Of a stretch of 7,768 nucleotides of DNA, positions 6,958 through 7,768 are shown one piece after another. Every line of letters begins with the position of its first letter. Position 1 is the stretch's first letter. Source of the stretch: Rotaria sp. (taxonomy: Eukaryota); contig CAJNWK010000300.1 of NCBI GenBank assembly GCA_905330805.1, positions 38,176 to 45,943 on the forward strand, written 5' to 3'. The notes under the pieces are model-generated. The model worked only from the letters and a program-made list of their open reading frames with translations, did no database searches and was not told the origin of the DNA. Made by a program: the position numbers and the translations under genes.

Positions 6958-7768
6958 AAAATGATCTTTTTCAAATCGAAATTCATTTTTGAATTTTATT
7001 CACAATCAGTGTTGATTTTTTATTTTTTTCGAAAATGAACTTTTTTGAAAATTAAATTGAATTTGTATGAATTAGAAAATCCAGCATTTTCTAAATCTTC
7101 AAGATTCGACAGCTGAATAATGAAAATTTGAAAAGACTGCAACCTTTTTAAAGTCGATTTTCTTAAAAGGAGAGTTTCAAAAAAAATTACAGTGTAGAGA
7201 CCAGAAAATAGTATTCAAGGAACACCCATATGAATTCGACAATGAATTTCGATTATTTTGAAAATAAAATATTCAAGAAAATTTGAAGTTCAAGTTTCGA
7301 TTTTCCAGTTAGAAGATCATGGTCGTATTTATATACACATTTACAGAATATCGAACCCGGTTTCGTATTCTGAACATTTTCCCAAGAATAGAATATCTGT
7401 TATCACTGTTCGCATGTCCAATAAATTGTTCTTTCACTTCTATACCGACTTTACGTTTAACCTTAACTCTGTTTACAGGCCAAAAGCGTATATACAGTAA
7501 ATAGAGAATTAGGCATCGCTTGAGATATTATAATTGAACAATATCAAAAATAAAACATAACATGCGCTGCAAAAGTCCTCGAAAAAATGTCAATCTATGT
7601 TAAACCGTATTGCTGTAACGCTCTCGGTTGATTGGATTTTATAAATGATGTTCAACCTTCCCCTATAATTGATTCGTATATTACATATATTGTATTCACC
7701 TTTCTATTCTTACGCTACTGTCCTTACTCTATTGTTCTCTCATATCTATTCTTTCCTTGGCCTCATCT

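Noticed and set aside
7258-7504. Three overlapping small ORFs on both strands (7258-7500 and 7319-7504)
   Set aside because: They are mutually overlapping, short, and their composition follows the AT-rich background.
1-7768. CRISPR array, toxin-antitoxin, retron or other prokaryotic defence system
   Set aside because: There are no regularly spaced repeats, no long or clustered ORFs and no ribosome-binding patterns. The tRNA genes with Pol III terminators indicate eukaryotic nuclear DNA.

Overview
This 7.8 kb window is AT-rich and looks like eukaryotic, probably metazoan, nuclear DNA. I see no sign of prokaryotic operons, CRISPR arrays or a phage/plasmid system. The best-supported features are two tRNA genes on the minus strand, tRNA-His(GTG) at 5099-5169 and tRNA-Asn(GTT) at 6128-6200. 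Both fold into cloverleafs and each has a downstream oligo-T Pol III terminator. The minus strand also carries two candidate Ly6/uPAR (LU, three-finger) small surface or secreted protein genes. The first is a 147-aa ORF (743-1186) with CD59-like cysteine spacing, a C-x4-C-N end motif and a hydrophobic GPI-like tail. The second appears as only 88 aa in the ORF track (2528-2794). Reading upstream by hand extends it in the same frame to a signal-peptide-bearing ATG at 3070, with a single in-frame TGA (2939-2941) interrupting the 180-codon frame. The two proteins share an NKT...C segment and a C..(D/E)LC(N/D)...V(I/L)Q segment, so they may be divergent tandem paralogues. A gapless 106-bp inverted repeat (1510-1615 / 2137-2242, about 81% identity by hand alignment) lies between them. 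Other structures are a perfect 14-bp hairpin just past the end of the second gene, three foldbacks built on a GGGTGTG/CACACCC motif, an AT-rich duplicated microsatellite block, and an unexplained 154-aa ORF that ends just upstream of tRNA-Asn. All similarity statements come from hand reading; no database search was run.
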